Part shown: in pieces, positions 24,430 to 35,262 of the stretch | Layout of the letters: each line of letters begins with the position of its first letter | Numbering within the stretch: position 1 is the stretch's first letter | NCBI RefSeq assembly: GCF_052425735.1 | Contig: NC_135769.1 | Location: 17,980,001 to 18,044,000 of the forward strand | Source: Oculina patagonica | Taxonomy: Eukaryota | Direction of reading: 5' to 3' | DNA length: 64,000 nucleotides | Notes under the pieces: generated by a model | Told to the model about the DNA's origin: nothing | The model's database searches: none | Seen by the model: the letters and a program-made list of their open reading frames with translations, nothing else | Program-made: the position numbers and the translations under genes

Positions 24430-25047
24430 AAATAAGTTAAGAAGAATAAGAACCAACGAGATAAACTAATGATAAAGCCAGGATTCGAGCCAGGATCCGA
24501 GCCAGGATTCGAGCCAGGATTCGAGCTAGGATCTGAGCTAGAATCAGAGCTAGGAGCCACCCTTTTTTTCAGATAGAAATCCTAACCCTATTATAAAAGC
24601 TAACCGCAAGCAACCCAAGCTAAAGTAGGCTAACCGTAGTGCTATTTAGGCTAACCAGAGTGCTAGTTAGGCTAACCGAACGCTATTTAGGCTAACCAGA
24701 GTGCTAGTTAGGCTAACCGAACGCTATTTAGGCTAACTGGAGTGCCATTCAGGCTAACCGGAGCGCTTAATAGTTAGTCCCATTCTTAATTATCCTTGCT
24801 CAGATCCTAGCTCGGATCCTAGCTCGAATCCTGGCTCGAATCCTGGTTCGGATCCTGGCTCGAATCCTGGCTCCGATCCTGACTCGAATCCTAGCTCGGA
24901 TCCTGGCTCGAATCCTGGCTCGGATCCTGGCTCGAATCCTAGCTCGGATCCTGGCTCGAATCCAGGCTCGGATCCTAGCTCGGATACTGGCTCGAAGTTT
25001 AGGTATCCTCAGAACCAACTGGCGTTAATTTGTCTTAACTGCTTTTT
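24430..25047. repeat. Fold-back element: inverted 12-bp arrays (GGATTCGAGCCA at 24476-24556; GGCTCGAATCCT at 24798-24995) flanking ~20-bp TAGGCTAACC repeats
   Basis: The arrays are directly visible. The core GATAGAAATCCTAACCCTATTATAAA..CTAACCGCAAGC is also present at 1526-1565. Confidence 0.75.
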
Positions 25048-25518
25048 ATGTAAGAACCTGTTTAGGTCAAACTGGAAAAAACTAAGGTTCTTACTCGCGG
25101 GTTTTGACTGTACACCAACAGTGGCATCCCAGTCTTATGTCTCTAAACTCTTCAAATCGTAAATTACCTCAGATTATAAAAACGGTGCATGTGTGGTCGG
25201 TCGGTCATCCATTTCTACCATGTTTTAGCTAATTTTTTAGCCTTGTAAATATTTATTTTAATACCAAAAAGCCAATATTTTCAACAGTAACTAACTAAAT
25301 ATTCAAGAACTGATATGAATATTACATTAGATATGGGACAATCCCCTGATTCAGCTAATCCCTGGCGTGATTTATTTTCATTGAATCTTTAATACTGACG
25401 TTTACTGCAAAGTTTCGAAAGAAATTTCAATAAAATAAGCAGTTTTAAATGTAAACGATTCTGTCTACAGAGCAAACATTCCTATCGCTATCGGTGGAAT
25501 TTCCGTATAGACAAACCG

Positions 25519-26289
25519 ATGACACTTCCGGTTGAAACTGTAATTTACCCACTGTATAACGAGCAAAGTAAGGAAGGGGAAATGCGCCTGGTAATTGCAC
25601 TCTTCGCTCCTCTCATTGGAGTCGTGCTAATAGTAATTTCGCGAATTTGTGTTCAGCGGTTATGGAACATTACTCATCCGGGATATTCCTATATCCTATT
25701 AGCACCACTGTATTGTGCTTCAGCTTTCATATTTCGAGTTTTACAAGCGGATCTTGACAGTTTGCAATCCATCGCTATTCTTGGAATAATTCACGGCGCT
25801 ACAGAAGTCATAGAACGAAGCACTATGGTTGTGATCGATCACATTTGTCATGTGATTTGGAAAAGAACATCAGCTCCTTGGGGAAGTTTTCGTACTCCTC
25901 GTCGTGAGAGACTAATGGCTGATATCGCCGTCTTGAGCATGTTGTCGGAATCAACTGCTATAGTGTCTGTTAACGGCTTTTTGTACCTTTTTCAATTTAT
26001 TTACTTACAAAACGATCCCCTTTTAAAGCTATTACAGTCTTTCGCCATCAAAACTTCAGTTCAGCTGGTGATTGAGTTGTTTTTCACCAGCGTGTCTCTT
26101 GCGATCGAGACTCACTATCAGAATATGGCTGTCATGGCTGTTTGGCGAAGAAGGTGGAAAAGACACATTGTAGTGTCAATTGTAACTGTTGTGTCAGTAG
26201 GCATATGGACTAGCGGAAATCTTTTAGTTATGGTACAAGAGCAATTTAAGGAGCCCTTAAATCAATCTTGTAAAATGCCGTTTACATAA
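25519..26289 (+). pseudogene. Family copy G: 5'-deleted copy encoding only the C-terminal half (256-aa open ORF)
   Basis: Family homology starts at ~25542 (IYPLYNEQ). The first codons (MTLPVET) derive from upstream flank sequence seen at 22812-22834 (minus strand) and 58224. Confidence 0.75.
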
Positions 26290-26591
26290 CATTACATCGA
26301 GAGATCTCAAGGACTGCGCTTTGTAAACTGCCCCGAAAAATGACATACTGATGACTAAGCGCTATGGAGATTTTCTATGAAAAGAGAATACATGTTGATT
26401 ATAATTACAAACGGTCAATGTCACAAAGATCCTAACATGATGCCAATAGTACAGATTGGTGGTTCCCAACTGGCAAATGTATCTAATGCTAAAGCTGGTC
26501 AAATCACATGGAAAAAATCAGTAAGAAAATGCCTTCCGGGATACGTTAGTGACGATAATTTAATCACAGTATATAAGTCTTTGGTGCAATA

Positions 26592-26656
26592 CCAATCAAT
26601 CAATTAATCAATCAATCTATCAATCTATCAATCAATCAATCAATCAATCAATCAAT
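26592..26656 (+). repeat. (CAAT)n microsatellite (LINE tail)
   Basis: Tandem CAAT/CTAT units. Confidence 0.9.
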
Positions 26657-27149
26657 TTACTAGAGTCATAACGCAGTATGAAGTTGCCTTCCCTATCCGA
26701 GCCAGAGGCTCATGTATAAAGCACATGACAGTAATTGAAATCACTGAGTATAAAAACAAAGGGCACTAATGTATGCTATTTGCAAGGCTAAAAGGTTAAA
26801 AATTGTAAAATTAAAATGTTGAAACCAAACATTTTCGGCTGTTTGCCTGCATCAGGGTTAAAAATAAAATAAGCAATAACTAAACTAAGTAATAACTAAT
26901 TAAATATTAGATAGTAAATTACGATAATTATGAGTAAAAATATAAAAAATGTATAAATACTTTAACCTACTCACACTAAAACTTATTCTTACACCCTTGA
27001 TTAAAATCTCAAAATATAATAATTATACTAAAAATATGTCGCTAAAGTCTATATGATATACAATAATGACACTTGCAGCTTGTCTTTAAGTTAAACAAGT
27101 CAAATGTCTCCAAGTTCTTTCGAAAGTGTCTCAAGTTGGTCGAGCGTTG

Positions 27150-27495
27150 ATGAAACGCTGTCTGATAAGCCACTGAGATTACAAAATAGGGCTGCCAGGG
27201 TCATCACCAGATCCTCCGCGTACGATGTACGGTCTCAGTCCCTTCGTCGGGCACTTGATTGGGACGACCTGCAAATTAGACGACAAAGGCACGTAACCAA
27301 AATAATGTACAAGGTCCACCATAGATTTGTCCTGAATATCGAACTGAAATGCTCACTTCGTGTTCTGAATCCACTCATTATGGCGTAAGAAGTGCAAGGT
27401 GGGTGTGGTGTGGCTAAATTATGGAATGGATTACCCAATAAAATAAAGAACTCTCCTTCCTTGCAATCCTTTAAGACTGTCTTAAGCAGCTATTT
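27150..27495 (+). mobile_element. LINE RT C-terminal fragment (inverted duplicate of 7.6-8.0 kb)
   Basis: Translates as TLSDKPLRLQNRAARVITRS...LDWDDLQIRRQRH..MYKV. Confidence 0.7.
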
Positions 27496-28287
27496 GTAAC
27501 TTTATTTGATCGATTATGTAGATATTAGGTAAATATTTTGTCTATAATCGGAAGAAGTTTTTTATATTGTGTTGACAGGGAGGAAGGTGACTCTATTGTT
27601 TCCAGTTGTTTATTCGTGACCAACTCATCACTGCCAGTATGACGTCACATGGCAACGCGCGAATGATTCCCCCGGTTTGGTCAGATAAGCAGGATTAATC
27701 GTGAGTACGCCACAAATGAGGTACAGAAAGGCTTAACTTTAGTGCCTATATCGCTATTGTTCGCCAATTCCTTCCCAGTGGTTACGGTTTGATGTCTTAA
27801 CTGTCTGTGTGTATGATCTGTTTCTGTTTTTTGCGCCCGTAATACTGTATTTTGGTTATTTTTTTTAATTCTTGAACGGGACAGAAGACGGGACCGCCAT
27901 TTTGCTTTCGGGTCAAGCGAAGTCCATCAAAAACATCCACCTTTTCACCCAAATATTGCCAAATCCGCTTCATAATAGGAGGTTTTACTCCTTGATTATT
28001 AACGTTTAATGTCTGTGTCGTTCTGTGTCGCTTGAATTAGCCAAACTTCATATCTTTCCGTTTGAGTGCAAAGGTATTATTTTTATGCAGAATATGTCAA
28101 CAACTCCGATCGCTGCTTCGCGATCTCATGTAGAAATTCTTTCCACATCTTTTTTATTCGCTTTCATTGGCTATTATAATATTCTTTTGTTGGTATCTGT
28201 GCAGTTCTGTTGTATTTTGTGGCTTTCCTCGCCGTGTTGACTCTTAAATTTCATTGATTGCATACCTCCTAAAAAAACATGAAAACG

Positions 28288-28373
28288 AAAAGCTTACAAC
28301 AAGGGGTGTTTCGAGTCGGGCACCCATCCAATTCAAGTGTTAATCCCGCCCGGGAAGCCTTAACTTCGGCCAG
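28288..28373 (-). pseudogene. 5S rRNA-like fragment (3' two-thirds, degenerate)
   Basis: The minus strand reads CGAAGTTAAG..CGGGCGGGATTAACACTT..GGATGGGTGCCCG..ACACCCCTTGTTGTAAGCTTTT, paralleling the 5S A box, C box, 3' end and T-run. No 5' end is recognisable. Confidence 0.55.
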
Positions 28374-29819
28374 CTTGAATTGAGCAAGCGCTTACATTGT
28401 GGTTTGAGCGAGAAAAAACGTGTTGTTTGAAATAGGCATGAGTTCAAATTCGTTGACGGGACAGTTTACACCTTTCAATGTAACAGTGTTGCAACTGAAG
28501 ACAAGTAGTAAAAATATTACCGATTCAAAAGACTAGAGTAAAGATATTCTGTTGTTTTTCAATAATACCCAATGAAAGCGCAGGCTCCATCCCACCTGGC
28601 CGAAGTTAAGCCCTGTCGGGCGGGGTTATAGGTGGTCGTCACGCTGGGACACATGAGAAGAACAGGGGACGCACTCGCCAGTCTCAGGTGAACGTACCGA
28701 CTCGAGACCGTCAAAAGCACGAGAGAGACAGGGAGGGAGCCAACGGGGCCGGCGGGGAGACAAAACATCTGGCATCACGCACAAAAGGGTAGATCACATG
28801 AACAAGAACCGCTCACGGGGAACACAGAAAGCGATACGGACAGCTTGGCGGCCATCGATCTCGTGTGGCGTCACTCGAAAAATGCCAGAAGACGGCGAAG
28901 AGCAAACAAGAAATGAAGGACGACAAGAGGAGGATGAACTAGGGTCGGATTGGATTATAATTTTGATGACGTCACGTGAAAACCAAGAATACATGGGGTT
29001 AATACATGGATGGGTGAACAACTGGAAATTACCCGTGCAGCGCCTTTTTCCTCTTGATTGCTCCGATTTTCAACTATAAGGGGAAAGATATGAAGATCCA
29101 CAAATGCTGAAAGTCTGATACTGCACGTACCGTCAAGAACCGTATATCCTGTGCCAAACCTCCTATTTCTGTTACAATAAAAATTAAATTCGCTGTGCAG
29201 TGACTCTCGAAAACTTGACCTGTTTACAGATTTCATCGATCATTCTACCCTTTGCGAAGGTGTTTCAGTTGATTAAAAAGATGAATATAACGTCTTGTTC
29301 TACCAAAAAATACCAGAAGAGTGACGGTTGTATTCGCTATAGAATTTTTTCCCTGAGCTTTACGAGTTCTAACCAGCTCTAAAGAGAACGGAACTTAAGT
29401 TTGCTGAGTGGAAAAGTGCCTCAGAATTTCGAAATCTCTTCTACATTTAGTTGGTATCTGGTTTCCTTTTAATTTAAAATATACCAAAAACAAAAAAGCT
29501 GACAAAGTGGATAAAAATAAATGTCATTTCATGTTATATCCCTTCGGTAACTCAGATCAGATTAGATTAGATTGACTTTATTAGATTGTTCAGTGCAATA
29601 TCACGTACTAGCCAGCGGGCAGCCGTGTCTTATTTCCTCGCGCGGAAAAGGGAAATAGGAGACGGCTGCACGCAGACTATCATGTACCAGCTTTTTTTGG
29701 AATTCGAAATAATACTGCGGGATATTTGCTGTTATCTTTGACGTTTCATTCCTCAGTGTGAAGTTTTCTAAGCTTTATAAAGGACAGTAAAAGTTTGTGA
29801 CTGATTATATCGTGTCAGA

Positions 29820-30275
29820 AAAATTACCCTGATACAATCACAAGAAAGGGATCTATCGGAGTCACAGTTTGGCTACAATCCTCTACAAAAGACAAGTCTA
29901 GAATGGTATAAGAGCAATTTTCGATTGAGTGTCGAAAGAAATCCAGACTGAATTGTTTAGTTTTTTTTCCACTTCGTTCTGTGATTGGTTTGAAAATTTC
30001 CCGCCCCAATACTCGACCAATCAGACGCAAAGCCATAACCAATCGCGACTTTGTTACGTGACGCGTTTTCCCGCGCTCGGCGCCGCTGACTTGTATTTGC
30101 TTCAGTTTGTCATTGGTTCATTGTTTGCTTAGTCATTGAAATTGCTTTGGTTTTAGTTTTACGACACTCACATGAAAACTGTTCTATCGTCCGGTTGATC
30201 AGCTTTTTTTATCAGAAACACAGCCACAAAGAACTGAACGCAAAAGCTTCTACTATCTAGCGTCTAAACGTCTCA
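29820..30275 (+). pseudogene. Highly decayed N-terminal relic of the membrane-protein family, split by a MITE
   Basis: TTTGGCTACAATCCTCTACAAA..GAATGGTA|MITE|TCGTCCGGTTGATCAGCTT..ATCAG..TATCTAGCGTCT matches FGYNPLQ..EWY.RPVD.L.YQ..YLAS. Confidence 0.6.
29910..30186. mobile_element. MITE with AGAGCA.TTTTC..TTGAGTGTCG TIRs
   Basis: AGAGCAATTTTCGATTGAGTGTCGAAA ... TTTACGACACTCACATGAAAACTGTTCT; it interrupts the gene relic. Confidence 0.7.
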
Positions 30276-30646
30276 TTGATAATAGGCTTATCGTTAAAGT
30301 TAGTAGTAGAGATTTAACAGAAGTTAGTTGAATCAGGTGATCGGGTGACTACTATGACTTCTTGAATACTAATGAAGGGAATGTCCCTTTACTAACGAGA
30401 TTGCTTATCGATATCAGTTCCTGTGTATTAATTAAGTTTTATTATTCAACTTAGTTGTTCATGTTACGACGCATGGCTTTTACTTCAGTTTTATCAACAA
30501 AATACTCTTTTGTGTTGTTTACTGTTCAGAAGAATATTTAAGGAGCTAATGTAACTGATAAACATAATACACACAAAGATATTCTTCGAAAAATATTTTT
30601 ATTTGGAAAAACTCAAATCATAAAACAGAACACAACATATTCTTAA

Positions 30647-31235
30647 CCCTATTCATACCGGGCTTTTTTGGACCTTCTCTGACCGGGGGGGAGGGGGGGG
30701 GGGCGCTTCGGAAGCGCCCCCTATGTAACTTCCAGAATATTTAAGCAATCACAATGAAACTTACAGGATGTATAGTATGTCCAAATATCGTTCTTTTGGT
30801 ATACGACACGTGGGATGATGACGTCACATCACGTGACAATTACATCATGATGTTAAAACAGCCGCCATTTTGGATTTCAAAATTTTTCTAAAATGCCAGA
30901 AAACCACCCAAAATTACTGCAAAGTACACAAAAACAATAAAACTGTGCTTAAAAACCGTAAAAAGGTAAAAATTAATTGCATTTAAGTCAATTTTCATTA
31001 ATAGAAACACGAAAATTACAAATTTTGGAAAACATACCTATCAAAATGCCGTTGCCATGGTGATATCAAGTTTCGGACACAACATCCTATCCCACCAAAT
31101 TATTCCCAGATAAATTGTAGATAAACTCACAAAATTTGGCAGAGTTTAATTGAATCGTGAAAAAGTTATAAGCGTTCAAAGCCAGCGCGGGCCTCAAAAG
31201 CCCTCTCCCCCCCACTCCCGACGGTCTGAATAGAG
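30647..31235. mobile_element. piggyBac-like MITE (right end degenerate)
   Basis: TTAA|CCCTATTCATACCG ... CGGTCTGAATAGAG. Confidence 0.55.
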
Positions 31236-32419
31236 TCATGTAGACGGCATTTTACAAACCTGATTTGGGGACTCTTTGAAGCGCCCATGTACAATTGCCC
31301 AAAGAGGTCCACTTCAATAGTGAGTACCGTGCTGGGTTTTTTGAGCATTACAACTCTCGAGACGTTTTCATCTTAAAATTTGCCATCTTCATTAGTTATT
31401 TTTGTTTCCTTAGAAGTCCATTTTTGGTTGGGTCAAATTAAAGGAAGGCGGATGTATCACAACTTAAGTTTCTCAAATATTGCAATTCCTTGGGTGTTTT
31501 TAACAAACCAATTATTTCACTCGCACTTGTTGGATGAGATAGTGTTCTGAAACAAGTTTCAGCAGTTCGAACTCGTCAACACTCTCGGACCCTACATTCA
31601 GATCATGGATCGAAACTTGATTTTTCGATTCTTTACTTCTAGATCTGTCCATCACGCCTCCGTTATGTAAAACTGAACTCAATGTTATACAAACAGCATC
31701 CATAGTATCCATATCTGACTTGATATATAAACTATTAAAAATGGTTGAAATCCAAGACCTAGCTAGAAACTGTATTAACTGTCTTTTTCTAGAAACTTTT
31801 TAAAAATTTTACCAACCTATGTTAAAACTCGGTTTAAAACCGTATCTCTGTCGGTTTTTTGGGAGGTCGAACAAGCTAATTTTTTTAGCCGCCAAACGCT
31901 TGCAACTTCCTTTGCTCCAAAATCATGTAAGCAGATTTCAGATTTTTTTTTTTCAGATTTAAGCATTTGTTTAGCGCTGAGATAATGAATTCTCAAACAG
32001 TATCAAACCTGTACAGATCGAATAATATTTTGAGTCCACGAAAAAAAAACATGTTTTCTTGTATACGGAGTTACGGCTAGCTTGGCTGGACATTAATGTT
32101 TTAGTGCTGTTCGATACACATTTTTACAAAATAGCAACAATCTATGTACCCTGGGTTCCAGAGGGTTTTTTTTTTACAATCTATGGGAAAATAACTTTAA
32201 AAGTGTAAAGTTGCCTTATTTCTTCTTTTTTTTCTTTATCAGTTGTGATAATTTACCATCTACGAAAGGGGTAGGGTTAGATGGAAAGGTGGGGGACTTA
32301 TAAAAAAAGTTGAGCTTTAATACGGTGGAAGGGGGGCTTTTCGAAGGGAGCGCTTAATAGAGCATTTACTTAAATTATAATTTGTGTTTCTACCTCTTCG
32401 TTACGCGTTTATAAGCCTT

Positions 32420-32876
32420 TCCTTAGACATCAGTAGAAGCTTGTGCCTTCAGTCCTTTGTGGCTGTGTTTCTGATAAAAAAAAAGGTTCATCAACCGAAT
32501 GATAGCAGAACTAAAACCAAAGTAATTACAACGACCAATCACATGAAAGAAAAACAATGAAACAATGAGAACTCGAAGCAAATACAAGTAACGGGCGCCA
32601 AGCGCGGGAAAATCCGTCACGTGACGAAGACGCAAATGGTTATGGCTTTGCGTCTGATAGGTTGAGTACGAAGCGCGAGTTTTTTTAAAATAATCACAGA
32701 ACGCAGTGAAGCAAAACCAAACAATTCCGGTTTTCATTCCACACTCAATCAAAAATTGCTTTAATCAGGAGCCCTTTTGTAAAGGATTGTAGCCAATCCA
32801 TCCTGTAAGATACCTTCTTGTGATTGTATCAGGGTAATATTTTAGCACGATAATCATTCACAAAAAAAAACTGTCC
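32420..32876 (-). pseudogene. Inverted duplicate of the 29.8-30.3 kb relic, including the same MITE
   Basis: Reverse-complement match to 29780-30255 (TTACCCTGATACAATCACAAGAA; ATCAGAAACACAGCCACAAAG). Confidence 0.6.
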
Positions 32877-32880
32877 TTAA

Positions 32881-33350
32881 GGTGATTCCTTAGTATTGCA
32901 TTGCGCATCCTTACTGCGCAGAATTTTACGTGCAAAACAATGTCTTGAAGCCAACCGTATAGGACAGCGGATTCAGTCAGAGTGAGAGTCTGTTCAAATT
33001 TCGAGCGCCACCAGCACGTATCCCATAAAGCTTTAGATACAGTGCAGACGAGTACGGTGACTTATCTTTTTTTCCTCTTAGTTTGAGTTTAGCAATCAAA
33101 TTCTTTCTACATAATGAAAAAAGATCCATTTCTATGGCAGAAAAATAAATTATCACCGGAAACGTGTACTCTGCCAGTACTCGCAAAGGAATTAGTGAAG
33201 AATTATGTGGTATATACAAGGTCTTCCTGCTCCTAAACGAATACGGTGACCCCCTTTTTTATTCCACAATTTAGGTTCCCCTTAGGTAAACAACCAACAG
33301 GCAAAGTTTGATTGAAGGTCTATGAGCAGTTCTATTTCCCAGGAATTACC
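32881..33350. mobile_element. Kolobok-like non-autonomous element
   Basis: TTAA|GGTGATTCCT ... AGGAATTACC|TTAA; absent at the paralogous site ~29775. Confidence 0.65.
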
Positions 33351-33636
33351 TTAAAGTACTAATTCAGAAAACTTTACACTGAGAAAAAATAGCCGAGCCC
33401 TAAAATTAAGTTATAAGGCAAAACTATATAAAAAATTCCTACTACCGCTAAAGTAAAATAACCTACAATATCTTTATAATCGATCAAGTTAAGTTAAAAA
33501 TAGCTGCTTAAGGCAGTCAAAGGTTGCAAATAAAGCTAAATAAGGAAAGTTCTTTATTTTCATACAGTCACACCCCACGCACCCCCCCCCCCCTCCTCCC
33601 TCCAAAGTCGTCTTTGAGATTTCTCCATGGAATCTT

Positions 33637-35262
33637 TTAACTAAACGGCATTTTACAAGTTTGATTTAAGGGCTCTTTAAAGCGCTCGTGAACCAATATT
33701 AAAAGGTTTTCGCTACTCCATAAACCTAATGTCAGGGCAGTAGAAATTACGACTGAAATGTGTCTTTTCCATCGCCTTTGCCAAACAGCCATGACAGCCA
33801 TATTCTGATAGCGAGTCTCGATCGCTTGAGATACGCTTGTGAAAAACCACTCAATCACCAACTGAACTAAAGCTGTGATGGCAAATGACTGCAGCAAATT
33901 TAAAAGGGACTCATTTTGTAAGAAAATAAATTGATACAAGTACAAAAATCCATTTACGGCCACTATAGCAGTTGATTCAGACAACATGCTCATGATAGCG
34001 ATATCAGCCATTAGTCTCTCACGGCGAGGAGTACGAAAACTTCCCCAAGGAGCTGATGTTCTTTTCCAAATCACGTGACAAATGTGATCGATTACAACCA
34101 TGGTGCTTCGTTCTATGACTTCTGTAGCGCCGTGAATTATTCCTAGAATAGCGATGGATTGCAAACTGTCGAGATCTGCTTGTAAAACTCGAAAAATAAC
34201 TGCTGAGGCACAATACAACGGCGCCAATAAGGCAAAGGAATATCCTGGATGTGTAATATTCCATAACCGCTGAACAAAAATTCGCGAGATAACTTTTAGT
34301 ACGACTCCAATGAGAGGAGCGAAGAGTGCAATTACCAGGCGCATTTTCCCTTCCTTACTTTGCTCGTTATACGCTGGGTAAATTATAGAGGCCGCAGAAA
34401 TGGCAAGAATTATAATAGAGCAGAAGGGAACTGTCATTTGCAAGAACAAAGTTACCTTCTGTCTCCTTGTCCGTCCCATAAGGAAGTGATTCGTTAGAAG
34501 ATAGGCTTGCCAAAATATGTTTATTAAAGATAAAGCATTAAGAGGAATCTCTTGCAAAGAAGAGATCTTTGAATGAGATATTCCCAGGGCTTGCAGAGCA
34601 ACACGATAACATGTGTCTAAGAAATATACAAGGCAAACAACCAGGAACAATTTCTCTTTCACTCCTATTAACTGATAAGGGCGAAATAAGAACAAGATAT
34701 ATGTAAAGAAAGACGTGCGAAAAAAACCGTCAGAGATCACACTAGAAACTGTTCTCGTCCACTGCACTTTCACTGGAATGGACTTTTTTGGGTAAAATTC
34801 ACAATTGCTTTTAGTTTTTAAACATAGATAGGTGATCAGCATGTAAACTGAACCTATGATGGTAGCAGATAGTAGTGAAATCAAAGCTCCAATGTACATT
34901 GATTTACAAACTGTACGGAAAGCGGAAGGTCTGAGTCGCTTCCAAGCCATTGCTCTATCTTCATCTTGCTGATCTTCCTGTGTTTCTTCGTCTTTTTCTG
35001 GCGAACACGCGTCTATAACCCTTACATTAAGACGGCTGGACACAAGAGAGTCCCAGCTTGTGACTTCTCTATCGCTGTATTCTTGATAAATAAGCTCGTC
35101 AACAGGATGATAATACCATTCTCGACCCGTGCTTTGAAAGTGATCGTAGCCAAAAGACTCTGCAGTGAATTCAGGTTCTTCTGGGTTGCAGTGCTCTGTC
35201 ACGCCTCGTGTAAAACTAAACGCGATATGACCAAACACCTCTAACAGTGTGCTGCTACTCAT
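33637..35262 (-). CDS. Uncharacterised intronless ~11-TM membrane protein, copy H (541 aa)
   Basis: Intact ORF. Confidence 0.92.
   Translation of the reverse strand: MSSSTLLEVFGHIAFSFTRGVTEHCNPEEPEFTAESFGYDHFQSTGREWYYHPVDELIYQEYSDREVTSWDSLVSSRLNVRVIDACSPEKDEETQEDQQDEDRAMAWKRLRPSAFRTVCKSMYIGALISLLSATIIGSVYMLITYLCLKTKSNCEFYPKKSIPVKVQWTRTVSSVISDGFFRTSFFTYILFLFRPYQLIGVKEKLFLVVCLVYFLDTCYRVALQALGISHSKISSLQEIPLNALSLINIFWQAYLLTNHFLMGRTRRQKVTLFLQMTVPFCSIIILAISAASIIYPAYNEQSKEGKMRLVIALFAPLIGVVLKVISRIFVQRLWNITHPGYSFALLAPLYCASAVIFRVLQADLDSLQSIAILGIIHGATEVIERSTMVVIDHICHVIWKRTSAPWGSFRTPRRERLMADIAIMSMLSESTAIVAVNGFLYLYQFIFLQNESLLNLLQSFAITALVQLVIEWFFTSVSQAIETRYQNMAVMAVWQRRWKRHISVVISTALTLGLWSSENLLILVHERFKEPLNQTCKMPFS

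Noticed and set aside
24800-25018. ORF of (RARI)n repeats
   Set aside because: It is a translation of a 12-bp tandem repeat inside a fold-back element, with no evidence of coding.
33637-35262. Assignment as a GPCR or insect-type OR/GR (7TMIC) from the YLYQF motif
   Set aside because: There are about 11 TMs, no GPCR motifs, and the QF motif is not in the last helix. A structure search is needed.
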